Origin: Pseudovirgaria hyperparasitica
Taxonomy: Eukaryota
Assembly (NCBI GenBank): GCA_010093815.1
Contig: ML996587.1
Reading direction: 5' to 3' (one strand)
Length of the DNA: 64,000 bases
In this document: piece after piece, positions 38,652 through 51,702 of the stretch
Numbering within the stretch: position 1 is the stretch's first letter
Layout: every line of letters starts with the position of its first letter
Notes under the pieces: generated by a model
The model's database searches: none
Seen by the model: only the letters and a program-made list of their open reading frames with translations
Told to the model about the DNA's origin: nothing
Translations under genes and position numbers: made by a program

Positions 38652-39590
38652 ATAATAATAATATTAGTGTTTAACTAGGAAGAACTATATATATAGCCAT
38701 ATATATGCTCCATAGGCTCAGGCCTCCTCTAGTATTGGCTGCTATATATATAAGAAAACCTCCTATGATTGGCTCCCTAACTAGACCCTATTACTAACCT
38801 AACCTGGCCTAGTCTAAGTCCTCGAATCCCATTGGGTGACAAACTTACTTCTTATCCTTATATTAGGCTTTTATTACTATATTGGTACCGGCTCTTAATA
38901 ACGCCCTAACTAACTATAGTAGGTATTACCTTTCTTGTGATTGGGTAGGTCGCTAGGCTAGGCCTAGTCTTTTATTCCTATGTTACCGTGTTTTTTCCTA
39001 TCCATGGGAATATAGCTTTACGCCGGGTAGTAGTTATTAATTAAGATAACTAATGCCGGAGGGGGTGTTTATCTAATAGGTCTATGCCTTAGCACTAACC
39101 CCAGCTAGGCCGAATTTAGAAATTATTCTTCGGGGCTATATAATCGTCTATAGATAGGCGGGATACTTAATTAGGTATTACCGTCTATTTCGTGGTTACC
39201 GAGCCGGAGTAAGCGCGAGCTAAGCCGGATTAGGGTAGACAAGGCCCCGGTATATAGTAAAAATTCTATGATTCGAGCTAAGCTAGTTGTGGGTCTAGCC
39301 GCTCTAGACGTCGCTCTACCACTTAAGGTGGCTTAGTAGGTAGCTATATTAGGTAATTCTCATCATGTGATAACGGTATAGTTATTTTCACATTACCTAA
39401 TGGTCGCTTAGGACTAAGTAGTCATGTGACGGCAACCTTCACGTCACGTGCTCGCTTAGCCCCGCATACTTTTTAACAGAGCGTGCGAAAACTAGTATGT
39501 AAAAAGGTGGCCGTTGTAGGATTCGAACCCACGACGTTAGATAACAAACGCTTCTAGTAACGTAGTATACTACCACTACGCCACCTGGCC
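38652..39590 (-). mobile_element. tRNA-derived SINE, copy 2
   Basis: Minus-strand head GGCCAGGTGGCGTAGTGG (A box)...GGTTCGAATCC (B box)...GGCCA at 39590-39508; LINE-like 3' tail plus (TAT)n; 14-bp TSD tatactagtctata at 38638 and 39591. Confidence 0.88.
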
Positions 39591-39879
39591 TATACTAGTC
39601 TATATAATAATATAACTTAAAAGAACTTTAAAGAAATAGAATATAAAAAGAAACTAAATAGAGTAATAAGAATAATAATAATAGATTCTACGGACGTAAA
39701 CGATATAGCCCTTCTAGTATTACTATAGTTATTACTTATAAATAGAGATCTATAGATATACCGCCCTAGAAATACTCTATACTAGAATATTAATATAAGT
39801 AGAATACTATAAGCCTTATATTAAGGAAGATAATAGTAATAGCTTACTATATAAAAGAGCTAGTTAATATAAGAAAGAA

Positions 39880-40731
39880 ATAATAGACGTTATAGATAGA
39901 CGTATTAGATTAACTCTTAGTTAAAGTAATCTCTTAACTAGTAATCTTACCCCTAGCGTCTCTATTAGTATATCTACTATTAGTAATAGTATAACTAGAA
40001 CTTAAGATAAAGAGCTAGTAACCTAAAGAGAGATACTTAATTTCTTTATAGTATTTACGTAATAAAGAAGAATAGTCTCTCTATCTACTCTAGCCTCTAA
40101 ATGCTTCAAAGAAATAAATATTATAACTTTCCTTTAGAAATATAAAGATATATATACTAACTATAAGGTTCTACCTAATAAGAAAATAACGTCTCTACTA
40201 TTATACTATAAGAACTATCTCTAACCTACTATTAAAGGAATATCTAGGGTTTAAAAATAATACTAGACTATTATAGTAAGCTATCCTTAGACGTATTTCT
40301 TTAAAGAGAGAGGTTTACTTCCTAATAAGGTAGATATAACGAAATTATATCTATCTTCTCTATATACTATAAGTACTCTTTAATCTTATAACTACTTATT
40401 AGTTCTCTTATATAATAGAACGGGTCTATATAATACTTATAATTAATTTCTAAATAACTATATCTATTAATTAATATCTATAGAAGTCTATAAACGTAAA
40501 GAAAAGCTAAATAGTTAAATATTAGTAATAGAAGTACGTATCTACCTTAAATAAGTAGAGAAATATGCTTCTTAAGTATATAAATATACTATATAATTAA
40601 GCTAGAGATATATATATATAGGGCTATAGATATAGTCTTCTATATATATCTCTCCGGCCTATAGAGCTACTACCCTTAGTAGTATAATAGTTATTATAGA
40701 AACTATATAGAAAATACCTAAGGAAACTATC

Positions 40732-40736
<5 letters not shown>
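39880..40736 (+). mobile_element. RIPed repeat, probably a retrotransposon gag-like ORF; inverted partial copy at ~25320-25524 + 38262-38460
   Basis: F...NI..FL.KY.D...NY-like motif ~40105-40165; 40320-40650 matches the reverse complement of the DNA flanking LINE copy 3. Confidence 0.5.
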
Positions 40737-40765
<29 letters not shown>

Positions 40766-43478
40766 TTAGTAAACTAGGTAGAGTACCACTCTATAGGCGT
40801 ATACCTCCTCTAGTCTAAGCTACTATATAAGAAGAAACCTATAAATAGGAAAAACTCCCTTATATCTATAACTACGCTCTGTCTATCCTCTCGTTCTTTA
40901 TATATATATAGCCCTAGGGGCTACCTATGGGCCTATAGCCTATATTATAATAGTTTACCCTTAGGCAGCACGTGTAGATACGGAGATTATTAGTTAAGGG
41001 CTACCCTTAACTAATAATCGCGGTTCTCCCGGGGTTCTTCCGACGTATACTAGGGTTCTTCTAGTATATATCGGGCTTCTTCCGGTATATATACGCGGGT
41101 CTACTAGAACTAGGGGAGAGAAAGGTATATAAGCATCTATCGGGCAACGTCCTTAGGGTACTTATTAAGCTATCGCGTGATATTAGAGGTCCTCGTTATA
41201 CGGACGAGGGCTTATCTTAGGGTATAGAGGCTAGAGTACGTCGTAAGGTAGTGGCGTATTATACCTCTCTAGCCATAGTCCTCGTACTAGGAAGATATAT
41301 CTAGGACGCCTCTCTAGTAGAGGTAATATAGGAGATCTATAGCGCCTATTCGGGCTTAGAGGAGTATAGATGCTTAGGCCTTCGTTAGCCCTTTATATAT
41401 CTATTTACTCGGTTCCTTCTAAGGCCCTCGGATCTATTCTAGATACCTATCCTATTAGGAGGCCTACTAGGCTTTAAGTACCTCCCTCTATTTATCCTAG
41501 ATCTATAACCGTATAACGCGGCTAAGCTCCTTAGGGCTCTATTAGCTCGGGACGGTATCTAGGTTATTTCGAACCTTCTACGCGGTCTAGCTCGAGTCCG
41601 TCTCTATATAGTATTTATATTATACTCGAGTTTATTCTATAGTAGAGAGGGCCTAGTAATACGCGCGGATACGTGTGCGTAGTATAGTAAAGGTATATAC
41701 CCTATCTCCTCTACGTTCTTATACTTATTATTTAGTAAAGTATATAAGTCTCTATATCTAGTAGAAGTCCTATATACTCATTATGTTTATCTCGCGTTAG
41801 AGGAGCATTATATTAGTAGCTTTATATACACCGGAGATAAGGCGGAGTATACGGTTTTATATGGACTTAAGCTTTACCCGCTAAGCTTATATAAGGGCCG
41901 TGTACTAGTACTCGTATCTATATATAAAGGCTAGGCGTGCTAGGGAGACGTATAGCTATCTCGCCTTATCCTAGGCTATTCCCTACGTAGATACCGTAAT
42001 CCGGCGTATAGCGGTTTCTACCTAGAGGGCTCTAGAGACGGCGTGTGCCACCTATAGTCCCTATTTTAGCTTATTATCGATTATAACGCCGAGTGCGCGT
42101 ATGCTCTATGCTGGTAGTTCTATAAAGGCGTTGATTTAGGGGCGACGTACCCCCTCTCTAGTAGTCTATCCTCTATAGTAGTTAATAAAGTATATAAGCT
42201 AGTATTTTTTAGGTGCGAATTTTACTCCGTGGCGCTTTACCCACTAGACGTATTTCTTATAGTCTTGTTCGAGTCTCTAGTTCGAAGTCGGATAACTTCT
42301 ATAGGTTCGACGTGCCCTATACCATTAGGCCCTACTCCTGTTTTCGCCTTATCTTATCCCCTTTAGGCTTATATCTCCGGCTCTACTAGAAGAGGGGCAC
42401 GACGCCTTATCTAGCTAGGAAACTACGAGGTTTACTCCTTAAACTTATATTACTAGCGTGCGTGTCTAGCGACACGTTCTATCTCTTTATAAATCGATAC
42501 GCGCATCTATTCTCTCGGGCTATATAGTAGTCTCCCTAGCTAGGACGTAATCCCGCCTACTTCTAGATATATTAAAGGTTAGAGCCTATTAAAGGGGTAA
42601 GGTCCTTAGAGCTAGTAGTTACTACTATATACTACGCCCCGCCTTTAAGTATAGCTACTATCTAGTTTTACGTTACCTATAAGGATCTCTCTATAATAGG
42701 CTAACCGTGTCTTATAGGCGAGTATCCTTTAAATCCTATATATATATACTCACGTAACGCGCCTAGGCGACTTAAGCATCCTCTATCTACTAACCCGACT
42801 TATTTCTACTACTTTTTAATAGGTCTCTATAGCCGCCTCTTATCTATGTCCGTGTACTATTATCTATATATACTAGCGCCCTACCTTCTACGGTAGACTA
42901 TAATATCTCTTATATACGGGAGCCGCTCTATCTATCCTAGACCTAAGCGGTATCCCGTATCGAGCGAAAGGTCTTAATAGAGTCGCGCTACTAGTGGTCG
43001 CGCTAGGCGTCTTAATAAACGTAGTTTAATACTATAGGAGAGTTAGCCTTAATAAGTTTATCTATAGTAGTTTATAGTTACCCTCGACGTGATTTCTCGC
43101 TAATTCTTATATACCTAGAGCCATTTAAGCCTCGAGGTGTCCTATCGCGCTACTAGGACTTCCGCTTTCTCTACCCACATAGTAAGGTAGATTTAGGCCT
43201 GCTTTCAATATAGTAGTAGCGCGTTAGATGGTTTTCTTATCCCGGTATTCTCGTGGACTTCTCTTAACGCGTTAATTAAGAATAGGATAGAAGTATATAC
43301 TATCCTAGCTGGTTTATTATAGTATGGTCCCTATAGAGTAACGCGTCGCGAAAACTCTATAACCACCTACCTAGCGACGATGAGGTCGCTATTAACGCCG
43401 CTCCGAACCTCTTGCTACCTCCGAAGAGGTATTGCCTAGCTACGACGACGTAGACGCGGTTCGTAAGACTTCGCAGCT
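40737..43478 (-). mobile_element. Chimeric LINE insertion: LINE 3' 1.55 kb (40737-~42280) joined to 1.2 kb of unrelated sequence
   Basis: (TAT)n tail at 40733-40765, ORF2 C-terminal homology up to ~42280, 16-bp TSD aggaaactatctataa at 40721-40736 and 43479-43494. Confidence 0.82.
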
Positions 43479-43579
43479 AGGAAACTATCTATAAAATAAA
43501 GAAAAAGACTAATAATAAGTAGTTATTATAGATAAATATTAGCCTAGATTATTAGTTAAGGGTAGCCCTTAACTAATAA

Positions 43580-46450
43580 TTAGATAGATTTAGATATCTA
43601 TTCTTAGTCTTTAAGGTCCCGGGCTAGCTCTTTAAGAATTATATTACTTAATTTAGATAGAATAGAATTATTATTATTAGAGATTCTCTTAGACCTCTCT
43701 TATCTATAGAAGTTCTCTATATTATTAGATAGTCTAGTATTAGATAGATATTTCTTAAAGTTAATAGACCGCTTTTTATCTCTAGCCTTATTAAATTCCT
43801 TCTAGAATAATCTATCCTTATAAATCTCTTCCTCTAGCTCTACTATCTTTATAAAAGTTTCTATAAAAGTCTTAGTAGCGTTTTCTAGCTATCCTATCTT
43901 TTCTAACTAATAAGAGCCTTACTTACTATATTAGAACTTAAGAGCTAGATAGCGGCTAGAAAGACGTACGGGATAGCGCTATACTTATTTAAGAAACTAG
44001 ATAGAGATATAGATTCTAGAGTTAGGTTCCTATATACTACTATAAGCTACTCCTAAGTACCTATTTCTAGTATCTCTATTATTATATAGTTAGAGCTAAT
44101 AGAGATATACTATAGAAGTATTATATATCTTACTCTTTTTACTAGTTCTAGGGCGCTATATATTATAAGAGGGCTTAATATATAGACTTCTAGGGCCTTA
44201 TAAGATATAGGTATAAATAGACTAAACCTCTTCTTATTCTCTATATTATAGATCTTATTATTAAGAGTAGTAATTATACTATATCTATTAACTTATAGAT
44301 AGAGCTTCGCCTAGGTCTACTATTCTTCTAGAAACTTATATAATTATAGAATAATAATAGTATAGTTATCTTTTTACTTATTATTAAAACTAATACTTTC
44401 TTAAATTATATTAGCGCTATAGTAGTTATTAGAGTCGAGTACTCTATTAATTAAATTATCTAGATACTAGAATATAGTCTTATTCTCTAGCCTCTAGAAC
44501 TTTATATAATATAGATATAAAATTAGATAATAGTTATAGTTAGATCTATAGACTATATAAGAAAGCTAGTATATAGAATATTAACGGACTAGCTACTAGA
44601 TATAAGAGTACTAGATAGTATATAGCTATCTATAGTTTAGTTTATTATTATACCTCCTACTAGTAGTATTTATATATATTAAATTCTAGTCTACTAAGTT
44701 TAAGGATACTTTTATTAAGAATAGTTAGTTTAGACTTAAGAGGTTTAAATATTTCTATAATATTAATACTTTCTATTTTATTCTATTCTACGAGAAGCTA
44801 ATCTTCTAACCTCTTATTATATTTCTAGATAAGAAATATAATACTATTAAGTATCTTCTATATATCTATAACTAGTTTAGATATATTAGAGATATAAAAG
44901 TAATAGACCTCTAATACCTCTATAGAGTATAGTAACTAGATATACTTAGTAAACTATATATAATACTTATTATCTATCTTAAGAACTCTAATATTATCTC
45001 TAAAGTTAAATACTTTCTTAAGTCTTATTACTAGGTTTATATAGAATATACTAACTAGTATTCTATTTTTCCTAGCTATATCTTAGTAATATTTAAAATA
45101 GACTCTATAAGGGGTAGCTCTATTAACTATGGATTCTTTCTATTTAACTAGTAGAGCTCTACCTTTAACTACTATAAAGTTCTTCTTTAAGAATACTACT
45201 AGTTTAAATATCTTTATTACTAAGAGTATATACTTATAATACTTAGAACCTTCTTTCTTCTCTTCTACTACTACTACTAGAGTTATCTTAGATTATAAGA
45301 CTCTAGTAACTAATAGCTACTATAAGTATATTTTTAGTAGGTATTAAGGGTCTACTAATAAGATATATCTATAAGTAGACTTTATTAAAGAAGTTATAAT
45401 AGATACTAAGAAAGTCTAAGTATAAGTAGATAGCGAATATATCTCTATAGTAGATAGATAGTATATTTCTAATCTAGAAGGTATACCTTATAGAGGTAAT
45501 TTTACTATAGATATTACTTATATTTACTTTAGTAATAGTAGTTCTAGAGATAGAGATAATATACTTATCTTCTTAATCTATAAGAACTACTCTATAGATC
45601 TATAGACTATTCTACTAACTTAAGACTACTAGCTAATAGAAATAATAAGTTCTATTTCTATATAGAATATTAATTTATTTTATTAACTAGAGTAGTCTTA
45701 GAGCTACTAAAGGGAGGGTCTTCTTATATTACTATCTCTAGCTATAGTAGTATTAATTTTATAGCTCTAGAGATATACTTTAATTTCTTATTCTCTCTAT
45801 TCTTAGCTAATTTAAGACTATAGAGATATATTTAACTAGTCTCTTATTTATATCTATATCTATATTTATAAGAGAGCTACTAGCTTTTCTATAAAGTTCT
45901 ATATCTACTATAGTAGTCTAAGAATAGATTAGAGTAACTAGCCTTTTATATTAGAGAGGTCTTTTTACTAGTACTATAGAATTATATTTTTAGCTTTTAG
46001 AATATATAACTTAGTATCTTTTCTTTAATAAATTATTTTATAGAATTCTTTTAGAATAGAGAATTTAATCTTTACTTTATTATATTCTATTATAGCTTCT
46101 ATTTCCTAGAATATATTAACTATACTATTTAAAAGTTATTCTATAAGACTAGTAATATAATAAAGATTATTAAATATATCTAGAATATAATTCTAGTACT
46201 CGTATAGATCTTAAATAGTAAGAATATAGTTAATAGTAGAGGTATTTACTTCTATAATATCTACTAGTAGATCTTAGAGAGTAGTAGATAGCCTTAAGAC
46301 TATAAGAGTAGTTAAAGACTCTACTTTAGTACTTATAACCCTTAACTATAATTATATCAATCTTATTTAAACTTATTAATCTTATAACTCTTTATAAGTA
46401 GATATCTTCTTTTTTAGTAGAGCTATTACTATTATTAGTTTCTATAAGAA
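43580..46450 (-). mobile_element. Heavily RIPed probable Gypsy pol remnant
   Basis: Weak RT/integrase-like traces on the minus strand; extreme TpA enrichment. Confidence 0.4.
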
Positions 46451-49400
46451 GATCTAGAGATATAAAAGAAGAGTTAGTATAGAGAGAGTATTAGAGAGAT
46501 TAAGAAAGTATAAAGAGAAGAGAGTTCTATACTTCTTATATATCTTATTTTATACTTTATTAAATACTAGGTATATAATAAATTTTATAAATAAACCTTT
46601 ATTAATAGCTATATATCTATATATATATTAAATCTATAAATAAATATATACTAGATATATAGAAAATCTATAAATAAATATATACTAGGCGCTTAGTAAA
46701 ATCTATAAATAGATAGACGCTAGGTATATCTCTATCTCTTTATTATAAGGTTTTCTATAAATATCTTTCTTTTATAAATTTTCTCTCTCTTTTCTTCTTT
46801 TCTTTATTAGCTTTAATAGAGTCTTATATAAGTATAGTATAAAGTAAGTATTTATAGAAAGACTTTAAATTTATATATATCTCTCTTTATATCTTCCTTA
46901 CTTTAATAGTATAGTTTATTATTTTACTATAATAATAAAACTTATCTTTAAAATAATAGTAGAGTTTATCTTTATAGAAGAATAGATATAGAGTATATAG
47001 AGAATCTATAAATAAATATATACTAGATATATAATAAAATCTATAAATAAATAGATGCTAGGTATATCTTTATTCTTATAAGACTTTCTATAAGTATCTT
47101 CTTCTTCTAGACTTTCTCTTTCTATTCTTTTTCTTATTAGTTTTCTATAGAATTATAGAGGTCTCTAATAGATAGACTTTAATTATATAACCGGCTTATA
47201 TATAGCGGGTAGACTATAAATATACCCTTACTTATGTTTTTCTTTACGTCTTCTTTAGTTTAATACTTATATTTTTCTTTATATCTTTCTTAGTTTAATA
47301 ATAAGACTTACTATTTCTTAGTAATAATAGAGTTTATCGCCTCTTTTTAATAATAGAGCTTATTATTATAAGACTACTTTTTTTTAAAGTATTACTCTCT
47401 TTTATTTTAAAAAAAACTTCTATTCTCTAGAAGGAGATATTAGTCTTAGAGAAGTATATATACTCTTCTTAATTAAAGTTTTATAGAGGAGAAATTACTA
47501 CTTCTACTTATACTTATACGTTATTAAGATATTCTATAAGCTATCTATAGTATTCTTTCTTATTACTACTCTTATTATTATTATATATAATTCTTTTAAT
47601 AGATAGTTAGAAGGACTTATTACACTACTTACTCCTTATATTATATATAAAATACTCCTTTAGTCTATAGCTTAGAAATATCCCTTTTAGTTTAGTTCTA
47701 TCTAGTTCTATAAGCTAGTAGATATAGTTAAATACTAACTAGATTCTATATAGCCCTCTCTAATACTACCTTAGTTTCTATTCTATATCCTTCTATTATT
47801 ATAAATTATATAGAAGAATAATAGTATTAATCTATAATAGTTCTTAATAGAGATAATAATTATTATTCTTTACCTCTCTTAATTCTTTATAAGTCTATAT
47901 AGTATAGATATATACTTCTTAAAGGTCCTTAGATCTTCTCTCTAGCTACCTAGCTTAAATAGTAAGTAAGTCTAATATTAATTATATCTTATTCTAAGGG
48001 AGTATTTAGAATAATTTAAATTTAATCTCTATAGATATAATTAGTTTATAGCTAAGTATAAGATATATAGTACTATATCTATTACTAGTATAATTTATAA
48101 TTCTATCTATCTATATAACTATATAAAGGTATTTAGACTAGTTTTTATATCTACTATTAGTTATCTTTATAAGGGTATTAGTAAGTAGTATAAAACTTCT
48201 TTTAATAATTCTATTTATATAGAGGTTATATATAAATATAACCTTCTAATAAATTCTATAGAGTTAGAGAAGTTCCTCTATAGTATCTATATTCTCTCTT
48301 CTACTATTATAAGTAATCTTAGAAATAATTCTATATCTATAAATAACGTTTTTAAAGAGGAACTTTATAATAATAGTAGATATAGCTACTATATATATCT
48401 CCGCCTTAGTCTATCGGCTTAGCTACTCTCTTATAGATACTATCTTACTATATTCTATAGAAGGTAGTAGCGTTATTATACCTAGATATATTCTTTACTA
48501 GAGAATAGACGTTACTATATAGTAGAGCCCTTTATTAAGGCCGCTAAGGAGTTTACTCTATTACTAATATTTATTATAAGTCTTTATATACTATTATATA
48601 TCTCTATATATCTCTATCTACTAATACTTATCTTTAATTCTTCTAAGGGTCTCTTCACTACCTCTATAATCTATCTTATTATAAGTAGTAGTAATTATAT
48701 ATATTCTAGTATTCGGGTTCTTAACTACTTATATATATTAGTAATATCTATCTCCTCTCTACTAGAGTATTTAGTCTTATATAATAAACTTAAGATAGTT
48801 AGTTATAAAGGCCTTATATATATAATTAATTAGATTAGTTAGTCTCTTAAGTATAGTAAGATACTTTATAATTCTTTACTACTTATTACTATATTTATTA
48901 GTTAGAGATAACTTAATAGTAGTATAGTTAAGCGTCTCTATTAAGTAATTTCTTCTATAGATAGACTTAATTAATAATATTTCTAGTATATCTATATATA
49001 GAGCTATATCTATAAACTTATCTAGGTTAAAAGTAGAGACGTCTAGTAGTTCTTCTCTCTTATATATCTAGAAGATACTATTAGTAACTATATTATACTT
49101 TCTAGATATATATCTAATTATAAAATTCTATAGTTAAATCTACGTAAGTTACCTTATAATAAGTACCTCTAGTAAGTTAGTTATAGTATAGTTAATTTAC
49201 GTAATAAGAGTATTTATATCTATTTCTATAATAAAGTATATACTATAGAGATATTAGTAGAACTTTTATAGTATATAGAGAAGGGCTTAGTACTCTAGCT
49301 TTAAGGTATTATATTTTCTCTTAGCTTTTAATACTATCTCTCTATTATACTATAATAGTTAATACTTTTAATTCTTATTCTTCTATATTAGTATAGCTCC

Positions 49401-51169
49401 CTAGCTAATATTACTTAAGTCTATAGCTAGAATAATATCTTCTATATCTATTTTATACTATAGTATTATTAGTACTAGGGTAGTTATTAGAGCTTTCTTT
49501 AGCGCGTCTATTAAGGTCTATTTCTTAGATATCTATTATTATACTAACTTATTCTTTAATAGTATAAATAGTAGTAATACTATAACTATATATTCTAGAA
49601 TCTATATATAGAAATATATATATACTAGGGTGGCCTGCGGCCGGTAGACTACGTATAGTCTTAATTTAAGGTACTAAGGTACTAAGGCATGCTAGAAAAT
49701 CCACGGCTAAGACGTGCGAATTTTTAAGCTACTACTAAACGCGATACTAGAGGCTTATAACTAGAACTCGTCTATGACGCCGCGCCTATAAGTTATAAAA
49801 AGTATATAGAATTACTCGGCGTAGCTAGGAGCACGATTTATCGAAATAGATTTTTAATTAAGGGCGTGGTTAATTTATTATAAGGGAAAAGGTGGTTTTT
49901 TAGTCGTGGTTTTAGTAAGGACGCTAGCGGGAACTTGTATCTTTTTATAAGATTCCGTAGGAATACTAAGAAAGATCTATATATATATTATATTCTTATA
50001 GGGCTTCTATTCTCTAACAGTTATAATTTTCTTATTACTTAGTTATCTCTCTTTAATATTATAGATATATTCTATAATATTAGTAGCTTTAATATACTAT
50101 TTAGTCTTCTTACTACTTAGAGTATATCTAGTATACTTAATATCTATAAGAACCTTATTAACGTTAAGTAAATACTCTAGAATATATCTATAGATCCCGG
50201 GTAGTACTTCTTTAGAGCTATACTTTATAGTAGAGTCTTTAATATCTAAGTTATCTAGAAATAATAGAGCTCTCTTTAGAATATATTTCTATATAATAGT
50301 TAATATAATTCTAATAAACTAGACTACTAAATTAGTAGCCCTCTAAGGTAATATTATACTATATAGTAACTCTAGAGATATTATAAAATCTATAAGGTCT
50401 TAGTAATACTCTACTAGTAGAATCTAGTTATATTCTAAGAAGAAGTTAGTAAATATTAAGACGGCTATTTCTATAAAGTACTCTAAGAATTCTTTATATA
50501 ATAGTAGTATAGCTATATCTTAAATTATAATATAGTTAATTTTAGATACTAAGTTAATTAACCTATAGTCTTACTTCTTATTAGCTTTCTTTTTCTTCTC
50601 TATAAGAAAGTATATATTCTAATATAGACTACTATAGGGTTTAAGCCTTCTACTATTAAGATATTCTTTTCGAATTATTAGTACCCTTCTATAGAGAGCT
50701 CTTAGAATATTAAAGTTCTTAGCTTACTACGCCTTATACTCTATTATTTAGATCTTCTATAGAGGTACTATCTTCTTATTTAACTTACTAAGATAGAAGA
50801 ACTTCTATACTAGCGCCTTCTCTTAATATAATAGAATTATATATAGAAGGTTAAGCTCTATAGAGTATAGTTCTATTCTAATCTTTAGCTAGCTTATATA
50901 TAGAGATATAAGACGCGTCTCTAGAGAGAGAGATAACCTATAGAATTTTATTAATCTATTAAAGATATTAAGCCCTAAGTATATAGCTAGAAGAAGTATC
51001 TATTATATAATTACTTACTTATACTAGTCTAGATACTCTAGTAGGTTTTAGAGGATCTTCTAGTTGGCCCTAGAGTTATTAATAGAGTATATTTTAACTC
51101 TCTTTCTTTTATATATAGTAGCTATACTAAATACTTTTAATACTTCTATATTAGGAAATATACGACGCT

Positions 51170-51362
51170 TCTAATACTTCTAGGTCTTCTAGTACTTCTA
51201 AAGTTATCCTAAAAGGGTCCTAGTACTTCTAGAGTTATCCTAATCCTCCTAGAGTTGTCCCGGTACTTCTAGAGTTATTCTAGTTCTTCTAGAGTTATTC
51301 TAGTCCTTCTAGAGTTATTCTAGTTCTTCTAGAGCTATTCTAGTTCTTTTAGAATTATTCTA
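51170..51362. repeat. Minisatellite, ~20-bp unit (ctagttcttctagagttatt), ~8-9 copies
   Basis: Directly visible tandem units with C/T and G/A variation. Confidence 0.85.
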
Positions 51363-51375
51363 TTAAATATTAAGA

Positions 51376-51702
51376 AAATATTTAATTCTATTATATACTA
51401 GTATATATAGTAACGTTCTACTATATACTAGTATAGTATAGTAATACTACTTTATATTATAACTATACTTTAAGTATCTAGGAATATCCTATAATATACT
51501 AGCGTATAGTATATTAGAATATTCTATTATATACTAGTATATATAGTAACGTTCTACTATATACTAGTATATAATAGTAATACTACTTTATACTATAACT
51601 ATACTTTAAGTATCTAGGAATATTCTATAATATACTAGCGTATATTAGAATATTCTATTATATACTAGTATATATAATAATATTCTACTATATAATAGTA
51701 TA
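51376..51702. repeat. Tandem duplication, ~130-140 bp unit, ~2.4 copies
   Basis: ttctattatatactagtatatata.taa recurs at ~51386, ~51522 and ~51653. Confidence 0.8.

Noticed and set aside
39506..39590. Functional tRNA gene
   Set aside because: It is the head of a TSD-flanked repeated element and carries RIP-type stem mismatches.
43100..43245. HMG-box-like RKPSNALLLY motif on the minus strand of the LINE cargo
   Set aside because: Short, contains a TGA, has no convincing downstream helices, and another frame reads more continuously.
51170..51362. CRISPR-like array
   Set aside because: Head-to-tail units without unique spacers, in a eukaryotic context.
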